A stretch of 64,000 bases of DNA from contig JAVLKG010000001.1 in the NCBI GenBank assembly GCA_032128875.1, positions 480,001 through 544,000 of the forward strand, read 5' to 3'. The notes beneath the pieces were generated by a model that was given only the letters and a program-made list of their open reading frames with translations, did not search any database and was not told where the DNA came from. Source of the DNA: Candidatus Melainabacteria bacterium 17Bon1m (GTDB lineage Bacteria > Cyanobacteriota > Vampirovibrionia > Obscuribacterales > Obscuribacteraceae). Made by a program: the position numbers and the translations under genes. Every line of letters starts with the position of its first letter. The stretch's first letter is position 1. Positions 19,362 to 30,510 of the stretch are shown in pieces.

Positions 19362-20087
19362 TCAATTTTGATTTGGTGGAAAGCGCTGTCCTTGTTCTAA
19401 CTGGAACTGCTTGAACTTGTTCTGCAGATTTCCGCGTTCGTCGTAATTAATCACTGTAAACGGCTTGATACGCTTTTCTACGCAAACGCTTTGCGATACA
19501 CGCAATGGTTTCCCTGTCACATCAAAGTCTTTTATGATCATTTCAACCTTGATGACTCCATCGCTTAGTGGGCTGTAGTTTACGTCGGTAATCTCAAAGA
19601 AAGTGTCATAAGGCTGCTGTTTGCTCTTCAGGCATCGCACGACCTTTGCTGCTGTCCGAAGGGTCAATCGATCGGTGTGTGATCTAAGTACAGAGACTTG
19701 CACAATTGTTTGGCTTTCAGAATAATCTGCAGTCTCAATACTTCTTACGTAAGGAGTTGCAGTGTAATGCCAAATTCGACCAAGTCCGTCTTGTTGTGTG
19801 CCGATCGTTCGCACAAGAGATATCTGGACATTTGTAGGTTCTGTAATCTGGCGCTGTCCTGTGGCACAATCAGTCGAATCGTAAAACGTCTGGAACTTGG
19901 CTTGCCACGTTCCTGCGAGCCATGGGGGCACCTGAATCCACTGGAAAGACTGCAAATCCGGGGCTGCTGTTGAACCTATCATTGCTTCTGCGCTGCTCAT
20001 GCTCAGTATTAGAGCTAAACAGAGACCGAATAATCTAGCGAAGCGTCTTGCCGTCTTCAAAGCCTGTCCTCCTGCAATTGCACCCAC
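19362..20087 (-). CDS. Secreted hypothetical protein
   Basis: Signal-peptide-like N-terminus; PPWLAGTW motif; operon-like spacing with neighbours. Confidence 0.6.
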   Translation of the reverse strand: MGAIAGGQALKTARRFARLFGLCLALILSMSSAEAMIGSTAAPDLQSFQWIQVPPWLAGTWQAKFQTFYDSTDCATGQRQITEPTNVQISLVRTIGTQQDGLGRIWHYTATPYVRSIETADYSESQTIVQVSVLRSHTDRLTLRTAAKVVRCLKSKQQPYDTFFEITDVNYSPLSDGVIKVEMIIKDFDVTGKPLRVSQSVCVEKRIKPFTVINYDERGNLQNKFKQFQLEQGQRFPPNQN

Positions 20088-20140
20088 ATTAACTGAATTG
20101 CAGTAGGGTCTTTATCGAGCAAAAGGATTAACGAAGGTTC

Positions 20141-21013
20141 TCACTCCTTAGTATGATTGTGTTCTTTACTCTCAGGTAAGGTCATAAGGAAGTTGGCAAT
20201 GTCAGTGGCTTCTTTGGCTGATACCGTTTGCGGTGGCATTCGATACCCCATTTTCTTATATTCACCAGAACGATCAGGTCCGAGCAACGCACCTGTTGTA
20301 ATGCGACTCTCGATAAAGTTATGGCTACGTCTTGCACCTATTCCGAGAAGTGAGGGGCCGATTCTGCCTCCCGCTTCACCAATTGAATGGCAAGCGGCGC
20401 AGCCGTGATCCAAATAAAGCTGTTTGCCATGTTCGCTGGACGCATCCGTCTTTCGTGGGGAAAAACGGGCACCCTGTGGTACTGAATCGGTAACATCGCC
20501 TCCGTGATGCGATATCTTCCATTGCGATTCTGTATTAGGTAATTTGGATAGATACACAGACACAGCCTTGGCCTGCGGCGCAGGCAGCCGGGCATGCGAC
20601 ATGATTTCCTTTGGTGTCAAAAACGGAGGAAATTTTACCTTAGCGGCAGCTTTTGAGAGGCGGCTTTCAATTTCTGCTTGGCTCATGTACTTGCCAATTC
20701 CATCCAGCGGAGGGCCTATGGTACCGCCTTCGCTTTCAATAATGTGACAGCTTCTGCAGCTCAATTCCTGCGCTATTTTGCGACCATCCGGTGCACTATT
20801 TTGATTTCCGGGGCTTTGATTATCTTTTGCGAAAACGTCTGGCGTGGCAGCTCCAAAAAAAAGTACAGCCGATAATACAAATTGAATTGAAAGTCGGGTT
20901 TTTGGAACAGCAATGTACCGCAAGACCGTATTTTTCATGTTTTCATATTCAGCCATTGAAATCATCCTTAAACGCGCGACATTATTATTGTCGTTGATTT
21001 CCTCCAGATTCAA
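20141..21013 (-). CDS. Dihaem c-type cytochrome (start uncertain)
   Basis: CRSCH and CAACH, each followed by GG.IGP.L.GIG; distal Met candidates. Confidence 0.85.
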   Translation of the reverse strand: MNLEEINDNNNVARLRMISMAEYENMKNTVLRYIAVPKTRLSIQFVLSAVLFFGAATPDVFAKDNQSPGNQNSAPDGRKIAQELSCRSCHIIESEGGTIGPPLDGIGKYMSQAEIESRLSKAAAKVKFPPFLTPKEIMSHARLPAPQAKAVSVYLSKLPNTESQWKISHHGGDVTDSVPQGARFSPRKTDASSEHGKQLYLDHGCAACHSIGEAGGRIGPSLLGIGARRSHNFIESRITTGALLGPDRSGEYKKMGYRMPPQTVSAKEATDIANFLMTLPESKEHNHTKE

Positions 21014-21078
21014 ACAACCACAAGTAGGATTCTGCTCTGTCTATAGTTATAATTGGCACACGGCTTGGAATTGAACAT

Positions 21079-21834
21079 ATGGGTAACGAAGAACAGGACA
21101 CCAAAACACGCATTCGAATTTTGCTTGTAGAAGATCACGCCCTGACCAGGGTGGGCATCAAAACAGTGCTCAAGCGAGAGGCTGATTTTGAAGTCGTTGG
21201 TGATGCATCAAATGGCGAAGAAGCGATTGCACAAGCTGAAGCGCTTAAGCCTGACATTATTTTGATGGATGTTGGCATGCCTGTAATGGACGGAATTCAG
21301 GCGTCTAAGAAGATTGTTGACAGCGGATCTGCCGCCAAAATAATCATGCTTACGCAGCATGACAACGAGCAGGACATTCTTGCCTCACTGTCTGCCGGTG
21401 CATCCGGTTATTGCCTTAAGGATGTCGAGGCTTCGAGATTGTACATGGCAATCCGGACAGTCAATGCCGGTGATGCCTGGCTTGATTCAGCCATAGCCGG
21501 TAAGGTTCTAAAACTCTATAACACGCAAAATCCTGCTCCCGCGAGCACCCAGCCTCAAGAGCCGGCTTCGCCAAAAGAACACCACTCGGTAGCCGCTGGC
21601 AGCCCTAGTCAAAAGGCATATGACCCAGATCGCCCCTATGCAGAGCCCCTCTCGCCTCGAGAATTAGAGGTTCTTGGGCTTATCGTGGAAGGGCTATCCA
21701 ATCAGCAAATCTCAGATCGGCTAATTATTTCGTTGCCAACCACTAAAACGCATGTTCGCAATATTCTCAATAAGTTAGCAGTTGATGATCGAACTCAAGC
21801 GGCTGTGCATGCTATGCGGCGCGGTATCGTCTAG
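21079..21834 (+). CDS. NarL/LuxR-family response regulator
   Basis: Receiver domain (VEDH, MDVGMP, K) and LSPRELEVL...TVKTH-like LuxR HTH. Confidence 0.92.
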   Translation: MGNEEQDTKTRIRILLVEDHALTRVGIKTVLKREADFEVVGDASNGEEAIAQAEALKPDIILMDVGMPVMDGIQASKKIVDSGSAAKIIMLTQHDNEQDILASLSAGASGYCLKDVEASRLYMAIRTVNAGDAWLDSAIAGKVLKLYNTQNPAPASTQPQEPASPKEHHSVAAGSPSQKAYDPDRPYAEPLSPRELEVLGLIVEGLSNQQISDRLIISLPTTKTHVRNILNKLAVDDRTQAAVHAMRRGIV

Positions 21835-22038
21835 CTTTTGAAGCTTGTTTGCGGCGTTGCCAATGTGTTTGCTGTGCTATTTCATCAGGTGCATCCTTCT
21901 TTGGGATGAATTTTGGGATTTTAATTTTTACGCAGAGTCCTCAAAGTGGCTGCGATGTCCTGCGAAGAGCACCGCAGAATCATTCATCAGTTAGATGTTC
22001 GCAGGCCTGTTTGATGCCAGAGTAGTCTTGTTGAATTA

Positions 22039-24837
22039 GTGCAGGCGCCTTTGGATAGAAAAATGGCTAGAGTTGGTGATTTCCCCGCCCCCGTAAAGGG
22101 GCCGGATTTCGCTTTTTTCGAACCTGAATATGTACTGGAGCAATTACAAACTGGTTTCGCTGGATTGTCAGCTGAGGATGCTGCTAAACGTTTAATTCGG
22201 CACGGTCGCAATTCTATTGAGATTTTTGTGCCGTCTTCACTGTTTAGAAAGCTGAGCGGAAATTTTTTCCATGCCATGGCAGTTCTTTTGTGGTTGACGG
22301 GGCTTGTTGCACTCGCAGCAAAAATGCCTGAATTGGCAATTGCTATTTGGCTCGTCAACATAGTTAACGGGAGTTTTTCCTTCTGGCAGGAAAATTGCGC
22401 GCAAAAAGCATTAGAAGCGCTCAACAAGCTCCTGCCTGTTAACGTGCAAGTTGTAAGATCTTCTCTTCCGGTGAACATTTCGGCTTCGGATCTTGTTCCT
22501 GGAGATATCGTTTTGCTAAATGAAGGTGATCGCGTATCTGCGGATATGCGAATCCTATCGTGCCAGAGTCTTGAAATCGATCAGTCAATTCTGACAGGAG
22601 AATCGAGACCTGTTCGTAAGCAGGCTGCTACTCTGGAACGTCAGCAGGCAAACGGTGTTTTAAACGCGGATTTTCACAACCTGGTTTTCGCAGGCACGAT
22701 GGTACTGACAGGGCATGCGCAAGCTGTTGTGTTTGCAACTGGCACCAATACAGAATTTGGCAAGATTGCCAATTTAGCGCAAACCATAGTAGACCAACCA
22801 AGTCCTTTGCAGAAGGAGATGGAGCGATTGTCGCGAACCGTCTCGGCAATTTCCATTGCTGTTGGAGCCGCAATGTTTATGGCGGCAAAACTTTTGGCAC
22901 ATACGGAAACACAAGCAGCTTTCATGTTTGCATTAGGAATGATCGTTGCGTTCGTTCCTGAAGGGATGGTGCCGACCGTAACCCTATCTCTGGCCCTTGC
23001 TGTGCAGAGAATGGTCAAGCGAAACGCCCTGGTTAAGAGACTTTCCTCGGTGGAGGCTCTAGGCAGTTGCAGCATAATTTGTACCGACAAAACGGGTACT
23101 ATCACGGAAAATAAAATGACCGTCACTCGTGCTTTTGCAGGAGGAGCAGAGTTTCAACTTACTGGTTTAGGCTATTCGTTCGAAGGAACTCTAATTCCTG
23201 GTCAGGACAGTGGCGCTAATTCTGAAATTTTCGAACTGCTAAAGGCTGGTGTTTGGTGCAACAACGCGAGAATAGAGTTACCGCCTTCCAATTATGTCAG
23301 CGGTGATCCTACGGAAGTAGCTTTGCTTGTTGCAGCTGGTAAAGCTGGGCAGCCAGTTAAATGCATGGCACCAAGGCTCCACGAAAATATTTTCGATTCT
23401 CGCAGAAAAAGCATGAGCACCGTGCATGATGACAGCGGTAGCAAGGTCGCATACATCAAGGGCTCAGCAGCCCATATCATTGCCAATTGCCGAAGGCAGC
23501 TCATAGGCAAAGTGGAGTTGGAATTAACCGAAGAGCAAAGAGCGGTCCTGATAAGACGGGTCGATAGTTATGCGGAAGACGGATTGAGAGTCATCGCAGC
23601 GGCACGCAATCGTATCTCAGAGAACTCAAAAGATTTCTCGGCTCCATCTGTAGAGACTGATGCATGCTTTATTGGACTTTTTGCCATGTACGATCCGCCA
23701 CGGCGAGGCGTTGCCGAAGCAGTTGCGAAGTGCAAAAGAGCTGGAATACAGGTAGTGATGATCACTGGAGATTATGAGATTACTGCTCGTGCCATAGCAC
23801 GTAAGGTTGGAATTATCGAAAGTGATTCACCTACCATTTTTACAGGAGCTCAGCTTGATCGCATCAGTGATGATGAGTTTATCGAATCACTGCGGGAAGA
23901 GGTCGTTTTTGCAAGAGTGAATCCTGATCATAAGCTAAGGATCGTGCAGGCTTTTCAACGGTGTGGACGGATTGTTGCAGTCACTGGTGATGGAGTAAAC
24001 GATGCTCCTGCCCTCAAAAGTGCAGATATCGGAGTAGCGATGGGACAGAATGGAGCAGATGTGGCCAAGGAATCTGCAGATATGATTTTATTGGATGATA
24101 ATTTTGCTTCGATTGTCAGTGCAATTGAAGAGGGGCGATGTGTCTACGACAATATAAGAAAGTTTGCCGTGTACGTGTTCAACAGCAATATGGCTGAGGC
24201 GGTTCCGTTCGTGGTAATGCTTTTTTCGTGCGGACTAATTCCCTTGCCTCTGACTGTAATGCAGGTTTTATGTATTGATCTCGGCACTGATATGCTGCCG
24301 GCCCTTGGCTTGGGTGTTGATCCAGCAGAACCGGGGATTATGCATAGAGTTCCGCGTAATTTGAATGAACCTTTGCTTACACGGGCCCTGCTTGCAAAAG
24401 CGCTCTTGTGGTACGGCGCGATCGAAGCTATTGCCGGAATGAGCGGATATTTCTTTCTCAATTGGCTTCATGGTTGGCCGACTATTCCGCTTGCGCAGCC
24501 ACCCTCAGTCATATGGAAGATGGCGACCTCGATGACCCTTTCTTGCATTGTTTGCGCGCAGGTCGGTGCAGTATTTTGCTGCCGCACCGATCGTGCGTCT
24601 ATTTTCTCTGTAAACCTGCTCGAAAATCGTTTGGTTGTCGCTGGTGTCTTCGTAGAGATCTTGCTTCTGCTGTTACTGTTATTTTTTCCTTTTGCAAATC
24701 AAATATTCGGAACCGCGCCCTTGGGTTTCACAGAGTTGCTGTATGCTGCCTGCTGGATTCCAATTGTGGTTGCATTAGACGAAATTCGTAAGCTCTACTT
24801 AAGGAAATCACGCGGCTTCCGGCAAGCGGAGCGCTGA
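22039..24837 (+). CDS. P-type (type II) cation-transporting ATPase
   Basis: TGES, VPEG, DKTGT, MITGD, TGDGVNDAPAL. Confidence 0.95.
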   Translation: MQAPLDRKMARVGDFPAPVKGPDFAFFEPEYVLEQLQTGFAGLSAEDAAKRLIRHGRNSIEIFVPSSLFRKLSGNFFHAMAVLLWLTGLVALAAKMPELAIAIWLVNIVNGSFSFWQENCAQKALEALNKLLPVNVQVVRSSLPVNISASDLVPGDIVLLNEGDRVSADMRILSCQSLEIDQSILTGESRPVRKQAATLERQQANGVLNADFHNLVFAGTMVLTGHAQAVVFATGTNTEFGKIANLAQTIVDQPSPLQKEMERLSRTVSAISIAVGAAMFMAAKLLAHTETQAAFMFALGMIVAFVPEGMVPTVTLSLALAVQRMVKRNALVKRLSSVEALGSCSIICTDKTGTITENKMTVTRAFAGGAEFQLTGLGYSFEGTLIPGQDSGANSEIFELLKAGVWCNNARIELPPSNYVSGDPTEVALLVAAGKAGQPVKCMAPRLHENIFDSRRKSMSTVHDDSGSKVAYIKGSAAHIIANCRRQLIGKVELELTEEQRAVLIRRVDSYAEDGLRVIAAARNRISENSKDFSAPSVETDACFIGLFAMYDPPRRGVAEAVAKCKRAGIQVVMITGDYEITARAIARKVGIIESDSPTIFTGAQLDRISDDEFIESLREEVVFARVNPDHKLRIVQAFQRCGRIVAVTGDGVNDAPALKSADIGVAMGQNGADVAKESADMILLDDNFASIVSAIEEGRCVYDNIRKFAVYVFNSNMAEAVPFVVMLFSCGLIPLPLTVMQVLCIDLGTDMLPALGLGVDPAEPGIMHRVPRNLNEPLLTRALLAKALLWYGAIEAIAGMSGYFFLNWLHGWPTIPLAQPPSVIWKMATSMTLSCIVCAQVGAVFCCRTDRASIFSVNLLENRLVVAGVFVEILLLLLLLFFPFANQIFGTAPLGFTELLYAACWIPIVVALDEIRKLYLRKSRGFRQAER

Positions 24838-26325
24838 CTTTTTGAAGTTCTTTTGGTCGTGCCCCCACTCGAGAGTTACGTTGCCTCCTTGTTCTTTAAA
24901 TTGCTTCTCGAACGCGCGGATTGTTTCTATGCACGCGTGGTCCATGTACATTAAGCCTGAGAAGTCAATGTGAAGGTCCGTGTGAGGATCGAGCTTCTCT
25001 ATTTCGTCAGAAATCTTCGGCAAGCTCAAGAATGTTGCTGCACCGGCGAGACGCATAACAAGCTGGTCTTCCTCTTCTTCCTTGGTGATATCGACTTTGC
25101 AGAAGATATATAGGATTTTGAGAATTGAGAGTGCAACACCTGTGAGCACACCAGTCAGTAAGTCAACTCCAACGATAGTTGCCATCGTAGCCAGAAGAAT
25201 CAACAATTCCGTTTTACTTTGCTTGCCGATTGCTTTGATTTCGTTGATGTTCAACAGTTTGTATCCCGTGTACACCAGCAGCGCTGCCAGCACAGCGGTA
25301 GGAATTTGCTTCAGCAACGCTGGGAAGGCGACAACGAAAAGTAAAAGCCAGACACCGTGCAGGATGGCTGATAGCCTGCTCTTTGCACCCGCTTTGACGT
25401 TGACTGAGCTGCGAACGATGACACCCGTAAGGGGAAGAGCGCCCACGATACCACATAAGGTATTACCCACGCCTTGGGCCACCAACTCCTTGTCGTACTT
25501 CGCTTTGTTTTCTGGTGCCATTCTGTCGATTGCACTGGCGCTCAGTAGTGTCTCCGCGCTGGCAATGAATGCGACGATCAAACCTTGTTGCAAAATCACC
25601 CATCCAAGTGTTGGAATTTGCGAAAGGTCGAGCCAATTGACTGCATTCAGAATGTTGTTGGGCAGCTCAACGTGTTTTACTTCTAACCCCATTGCTGCAG
25701 CAAGAACAGTGGCTGCAAATACCGAGATCAGTGTTGGGGGAACAGCATTGCGCAATTTTGTGAAAGGAAGCTTTTCCCAGAGAATAATGATCGCGATTGT
25801 GATCAAACCAATCAGAGCCGCTAAGTGGTTAAAGTCATGATTGAGAGTGAGGACATCCATCAAAATCTTTGGTATGGCAATGAGATTATCTAAACCACTG
25901 CCTTTTGGCTTGTCGTCAAGCATGACGTGGAATTGACTGGCAAGGATGAGTAAGCCGATGCCGGACAACATACCTTGCACCACTGCTGGTGACACTGCTC
26001 GGAAAATTCTGCCTAGCTTGAGCGCGCCGAATGCAATTTGCGTGATCCCTGCGACGACAAGAATCAGACCAAGCGCCGGCAGTCCGTATTTACTGATGAT
26101 TTCCCAAATGATTACCGCAAGCCCTGCGGCAGGACCGCTGACTTGTAAAGGTGACCCCGACAATGTGCCGACAACAATACCGCCGATGATCCCCGTTATT
26201 AAACCTGCAGCGGGGTGTACTCCTGAAGCGATCGCAATACCCATACAGAGTGGTAGTGCAACGAGAAATACGACCAGCGATGAAAGTAAATCTTGCCGCA
26301 AGTTTTTGCCGGCGATCGATGTCAT
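24808..26325 (-). CDS. SulP/SLC26 anion (bicarbonate/sulfate) transporter
   Basis: VALPLCMGIAIASG, VSGPAAG, ELVAQGVGN, STAS YMDHAC; GAGGGAG RBS. Confidence 0.92.
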   Translation of the reverse strand: MTSIAGKNLRQDLLSSLVVFLVALPLCMGIAIASGVHPAAGLITGIIGGIVVGTLSGSPLQVSGPAAGLAVIIWEIISKYGLPALGLILVVAGITQIAFGALKLGRIFRAVSPAVVQGMLSGIGLLILASQFHVMLDDKPKGSGLDNLIAIPKILMDVLTLNHDFNHLAALIGLITIAIIILWEKLPFTKLRNAVPPTLISVFAATVLAAAMGLEVKHVELPNNILNAVNWLDLSQIPTLGWVILQQGLIVAFIASAETLLSASAIDRMAPENKAKYDKELVAQGVGNTLCGIVGALPLTGVIVRSSVNVKAGAKSRLSAILHGVWLLLFVVAFPALLKQIPTAVLAALLVYTGYKLLNINEIKAIGKQSKTELLILLATMATIVGVDLLTGVLTGVALSILKILYIFCKVDITKEEEEDQLVMRLAGAATFLSLPKISDEIEKLDPHTDLHIDFSGLMYMDHACIETIRAFEKQFKEQGGNVTLEWGHDQKNFKKSALRLPEAA

Positions 26326-26482
26326 GAGAGTTCTCCCTCGTGTTTTCGGGGTTTGCATTGGTTTGGTGACGGCCAAAGGAAGATTGGTGTTTCAATTTCG
26401 CGGGGATTTTAAGCATTTCCGAACAAAAATAGCTTTCAAGAACCTTTTCTTGAAAGCTTTAAGAAGGGGTCTTGAAAAGGGG

Positions 26483-27184
26483 CTAATCGCGCAGTCCTAT
26501 GAAGGTTTGGATCACAATGGCGTGGTTTGCCTGATCGTCGAAATTGTCCGTCCTGTTTACATACTGCAACTGGTAACCAACCTCAACTCGGCTTCTTTTA
26601 ATGGATTTTAGACCTACGCCAAAGAAGCATCGGTTTTGGTCGATACCTGCTTCTGGTCCGCCATTCAGGGTGTTCAGGTTTATAAATAGCTCGTCTTGAG
26701 CGGTCAGGTACATACGCTTGTTTACGTTGTAATTCAACTTCACGAGGTATCGCAGTCTGTTGCTGACGCCATTAACACCGCCCAAGAAGCGCTGTTCACT
26801 ACGGATTCTGTTGTACAGGGAGAATCTTTTGATTGGCTTGTGATACAAAACCTGCTGCCAGATGCGGTTTTCATGCACGACCTGACTATTTTGGTTGCTG
26901 TAATTTGTTTGCCAGAGATATCCTGCAAAAAAGCCCAAATTATCTGTTTGTCTCCACTCGAGACCAGGTCGAACCAGTAGCTGGCTTATCTGCGAGACGT
27001 TGTACCCTATCCGGGGCGCGACCTCGAAATAACCTCTAAGCTTGCCTTTGATTGGCTCGTCCAACGTCACCGGAGTCCAAAGCTGCATGTCGTGATCGAC
27101 GTTAGCTCTTGCGGCATTAGGTAACGCCGTGCATGCCACTAACAATGCACACGGTAATATCCAACGCCGCGCCCTTACTTTCAT
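26483..27184 (-). CDS. DUF2490-type outer-membrane beta-barrel
   Basis: Signal peptide, ENRIWQQ, R.EQRF, RLRY, ELFINLN, DQNR. Confidence 0.8.
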   Translation of the reverse strand: MKVRARRWILPCALLVACTALPNAARANVDHDMQLWTPVTLDEPIKGKLRGYFEVAPRIGYNVSQISQLLVRPGLEWRQTDNLGFFAGYLWQTNYSNQNSQVVHENRIWQQVLYHKPIKRFSLYNRIRSEQRFLGGVNGVSNRLRYLVKLNYNVNKRMYLTAQDELFINLNTLNGGPEAGIDQNRCFFGVGLKSIKRSRVEVGYQLQYVNRTDNFDDQANHAIVIQTFIGLRD

Positions 27185-27253
27185 CCGACTTACCGAGGTA
27201 CCCACATGGATCGCACAGCGAATCACCGGCTACATTGTTGCACAGGATTGTCC

Positions 27254-28558
27254 CTAATCTTTCTCGTTTTCTTGTCTGCCGCCGGTTCTAATAATGCAGG
27301 TGTGTGCGCCACGTCCCTTTACTTTGCTGACCGCAATCGTCAAGCTTTTGTACTTGAAGTTATCTCCAACGCGCGGCGGTCGCTGAAGTCTGTCTAAGAC
27401 CAACCCGCTCAGCGTCTCGATGGCTTCTTCTTGCATGGAAATTTCCAAGTATTCTTCCAGCTCGTACAGGTGAACAGTTCCGTCTACTCTCAATGAACCG
27501 TTCTCCAGCCATTCTATCTTGTGTCGCGTGATAGACTCGTCAATTTCGCGGATGACCTCTTCAAATATGTCATCGGTGCTGATGATACCGGCTGTTCCAC
27601 CGTACTCATCAAGCACGACGGCCATGTGGGTGCGATATTCACGCATCGACTCCAGAACGTTTTTCAGCGGTGACGACAAAGGAACGAAAGGCACAGGATT
27701 AACGGTCAGGGCGTTGTCGTTGTATTCTTCGAGCAGAGCTGCAAGATCTTTGATATGAACAACGCCAATGATGTTGTCTTTATCTTCTGTATAAACTGGA
27801 AATCGAGAATGCGTTGCAGTTCGAATGCACTCGTCCAATTGCTCTTTTGATGGGCGCACCGGCAATGCTGTCACATGAACTCGAGGCACCATGATGTCTT
27901 CTGCGACAAGTTCGCCAAAATCGAACATTTGTTTTATCACTGTACCGATTTCATCGCTGATAATTCCTTCTGTTTCACTCTCTTCTAAAATCAATTGAAT
28001 TTCGTCTGCGGAAAAGGCAGGCACACTAGACTTTGAACGGTCGATTCCAAAAAAAGTTTTCAATAAAAAGGTATTGAGTCCATTCAAAACGTAAATAATC
28101 GGTTTGAATAACGACATGCAGAACAGCATCGGTCGGATTAGTAGAAACATCACCAGCTCTGACTTTTGAAGAGCCAATGATTTTGGAACGATCTCACCGA
28201 GAACGACATGCATATAAGTGAGCAAAACCAGCGATAGAATACTCGCTACGAGGTGTACCGCAGTAAGCTCAACGATGCCTGTCGCGCTCAACTGTTGTGT
28301 GATCCAGTGTGCAATCACTTCCTCGCCGTACATACCCAGCGCCAAACTGGCGATAGTGATACCGACTTGAGACGCCGCAATATACCGGTCTTGTCGTGCA
28401 GGCTCTTTGATGACCGCGATAATTTGTTGTGCGGTCTTGTCCCCATCTAGCGCGCGTTTTTCGATGGACTGTTTGGGCGCAACAACAGTCGCGAATTCAG
28501 ACGCCACAAAGAGAGCGTTGCAAAAGATCAAAAAGAAAATTATGCCGAGCTCAAACAT
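27254..28558 (-). CDS. CNNM/DUF21-CBS-CorC (hemolysin-family) protein
   Basis: NALFVASEFA, GEIVPKS, IMVPR, HSRFPVY, DEYGGTAG. Confidence 0.92.
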   Translation of the reverse strand: MFELGIIFFLIFCNALFVASEFATVVAPKQSIEKRALDGDKTAQQIIAVIKEPARQDRYIAASQVGITIASLALGMYGEEVIAHWITQQLSATGIVELTAVHLVASILSLVLLTYMHVVLGEIVPKSLALQKSELVMFLLIRPMLFCMSLFKPIIYVLNGLNTFLLKTFFGIDRSKSSVPAFSADEIQLILEESETEGIISDEIGTVIKQMFDFGELVAEDIMVPRVHVTALPVRPSKEQLDECIRTATHSRFPVYTEDKDNIIGVVHIKDLAALLEEYNDNALTVNPVPFVPLSSPLKNVLESMREYRTHMAVVLDEYGGTAGIISTDDIFEEVIREIDESITRHKIEWLENGSLRVDGTVHLYELEEYLEISMQEEAIETLSGLVLDRLQRPPRVGDNFKYKSLTIAVSKVKGRGAHTCIIRTGGRQENEKD

Positions 28559-29858
28559 TTTGTGCCGTTCCCTTTCTTATCACGGTCACAATTGTGGCGG
28601 CATGATGTTCTACCTGCTCAACCGTAATGATGGCAGCCGGCAACTCAACGGTATCCCCTCTTTCTGGAACTCTTCCGAGTATTTCCATAACTAGTCCATT
28701 GATTGTTTCTGCTTCGCTGTCGTAATTTGCACCCAAAAACTTCGTTGCTCTGTGCAATTTATAATTGCCGGAGACGCGTATTCTTCCGTCCTCGAGTACT
28801 TCAAATATGTCCGGTTTCTTAAAGTTGGCGGCGTCGAAATCTTGAATAAGTTCTCCCAAAATATCGCCAACAGTAACAAGTCCGATCATGCTGCCGTGTT
28901 CGTCCATCACGAATGCGACATGAGAATGCTCTCGTTTTAGCAATGTGATTAAGCGGCTCAATGTTAGGTTTTCCGGAATAATTGGAGTCTTTGAAATAAG
29001 TTCTTCCAGTGAGCTTTTTTCACCTTTGTCAAACCAGGCCTGGATAACTTGTTTTACGTTTACACATCCAAGTACATCATCGACATCAGCACCGTGCACC
29101 ACTAGCCGAGTGTACGGGCTGCTCAAGGCACTGCGGTACGCTTCTTGCATGCTGAGTTTGCTAGATATTGAAAGCACATTCGGGCGCGGAATCATGATTT
29201 GCTTTGCGGTTTTTTCGCTGAGTTCGAGCGCCTGGTGCAAGCGTTCATGTTCTTCTGGTTCCAGTAATCCACCATCCTTGCTTTGCGCCAACAGCAAGGC
29301 AATCTCGTCCAGAGAATGAACGTGTTTGTGAGACGACGCGGGCACACCGAGCAGCTTTAATAGTGCGACTCCGCTGCCGTTGAATAGCCATATAAATGGG
29401 CGAAGTATTACAGACGCGACGCGCAACGGCCAGTACATGAATAACGCAATCGGCTCAGAGTGCGTCAGCGAAACCGACTTGGGAAGCAGTTCGCCGATGA
29501 GAATTTGCAGTAAGGTAAAAACGCCAAGAATCGCGACGGCCGCTACCGACTCGGCAAGGACGTGGTCGAGTTTGAAAACTTCAACTAGAAACGCAGCCCA
29601 GATCGGACCAAACTGTGTCTCAGTGTAGGCGCCCAGAACCAGGCTCGAAAAGGTGATGGCTATCTGACAAGTAGCGATATATTCGTCCAGCCTGCGAGGC
29701 GTTTCGAGAATCGGCAGGAGCGAGCTGGCCAACTTATTGCCTGACAAGGCAGCCTTGCGAATAATGGTTGTTCTGGCGGCGACTGTTGCGAATTCGGCTG
29801 CGACGAATATCGAATTGAGAAATATAAAACCTATTGCAATTGCCCAGACGCTTGTCAT
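28551..29858 (-). CDS. CNNM/DUF21-CBS-CorC protein (tandem paralogue)
   Basis: NSIFVAAEFA, GELLPKS, IMIPR, DEHGSMIG; start trimmed to MTSVW. Confidence 0.9.
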   Translation of the reverse strand: MTSVWAIAIGFIFLNSIFVAAEFATVAARTTIIRKAALSGNKLASSLLPILETPRRLDEYIATCQIAITFSSLVLGAYTETQFGPIWAAFLVEVFKLDHVLAESVAAVAILGVFTLLQILIGELLPKSVSLTHSEPIALFMYWPLRVASVILRPFIWLFNGSGVALLKLLGVPASSHKHVHSLDEIALLLAQSKDGGLLEPEEHERLHQALELSEKTAKQIMIPRPNVLSISSKLSMQEAYRSALSSPYTRLVVHGADVDDVLGCVNVKQVIQAWFDKGEKSSLEELISKTPIIPENLTLSRLITLLKREHSHVAFVMDEHGSMIGLVTVGDILGELIQDFDAANFKKPDIFEVLEDGRIRVSGNYKLHRATKFLGANYDSEAETINGLVMEILGRVPERGDTVELPAAIITVEQVEHHAATIVTVIRKGTAQNV

Positions 29859-30190
29859 TACTGTTTTTGGACTACCCTTTGAAGTTGCCATTGGAACGCT
29901 TCTTAACGCTCCAAGAACATTCGTTTGTCGCCTTTTTGCTGCACCCTGGTCAGGTGTTGAGACACCCAAAAGGTACCGGAGTTCCTGCGCCTGCCTCATA
30001 CTTGAGTGTACTACTACCGCCTTTCATGAGGGGCACTACCTCTCCATGACGGTTCTAAACTCTGCGATAACACTCGCAAACCCGAGTCCTGGTTGCCTTT
30101 TGCGCACGTAACAAAAGGCTTTGTTTAGGGAACACATCAATTTTTAGTTGGTCCAACCAGTTGAAAGAAGGTAAAAACATTGGGGGCGTT

Positions 30191-30487
30191 ATGGCGAAAT
30201 CGAATCTTAATGAACCAAACAGAGGTGCGGGCAGGCAGCGCGGCAGTGAGAAGAGCCAGCGTGAAAAGGATTTGGAAGATAAAGCGAAGGGTCACGAGCA
30301 GTCCGGAGGAGAACAATCGAATCGGACACATCAAAATGAAGATGTACAAGCGGAGCGCGCCGATGTCGCTGCGAAATTTCGCGGAAATCAGAAAGGCTTC
30401 GGGAAGAATCAAGGGAAGGAAGCTGGCGATAGAAGTGCACCACATGGAACACGCGCCGAAGGTTCTGAACGCGGAAGTACGTTCTAG
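30191..30487 (+). CDS. Small hydrophilic, disordered protein
   Basis: GGGGG RBS; Gly/Arg/Glu/Gln-rich 98 aa; fills the gap between opposite-strand genes. Confidence 0.5.
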   Translation: MAKSNLNEPNRGAGRQRGSEKSQREKDLEDKAKGHEQSGGEQSNRTHQNEDVQAERADVAAKFRGNQKGFGKNQGKEAGDRSAPHGTRAEGSERGSTF

Positions 30488-30510
30488 TCTCTCAGCCATT
30501 TGTGCGTTCG

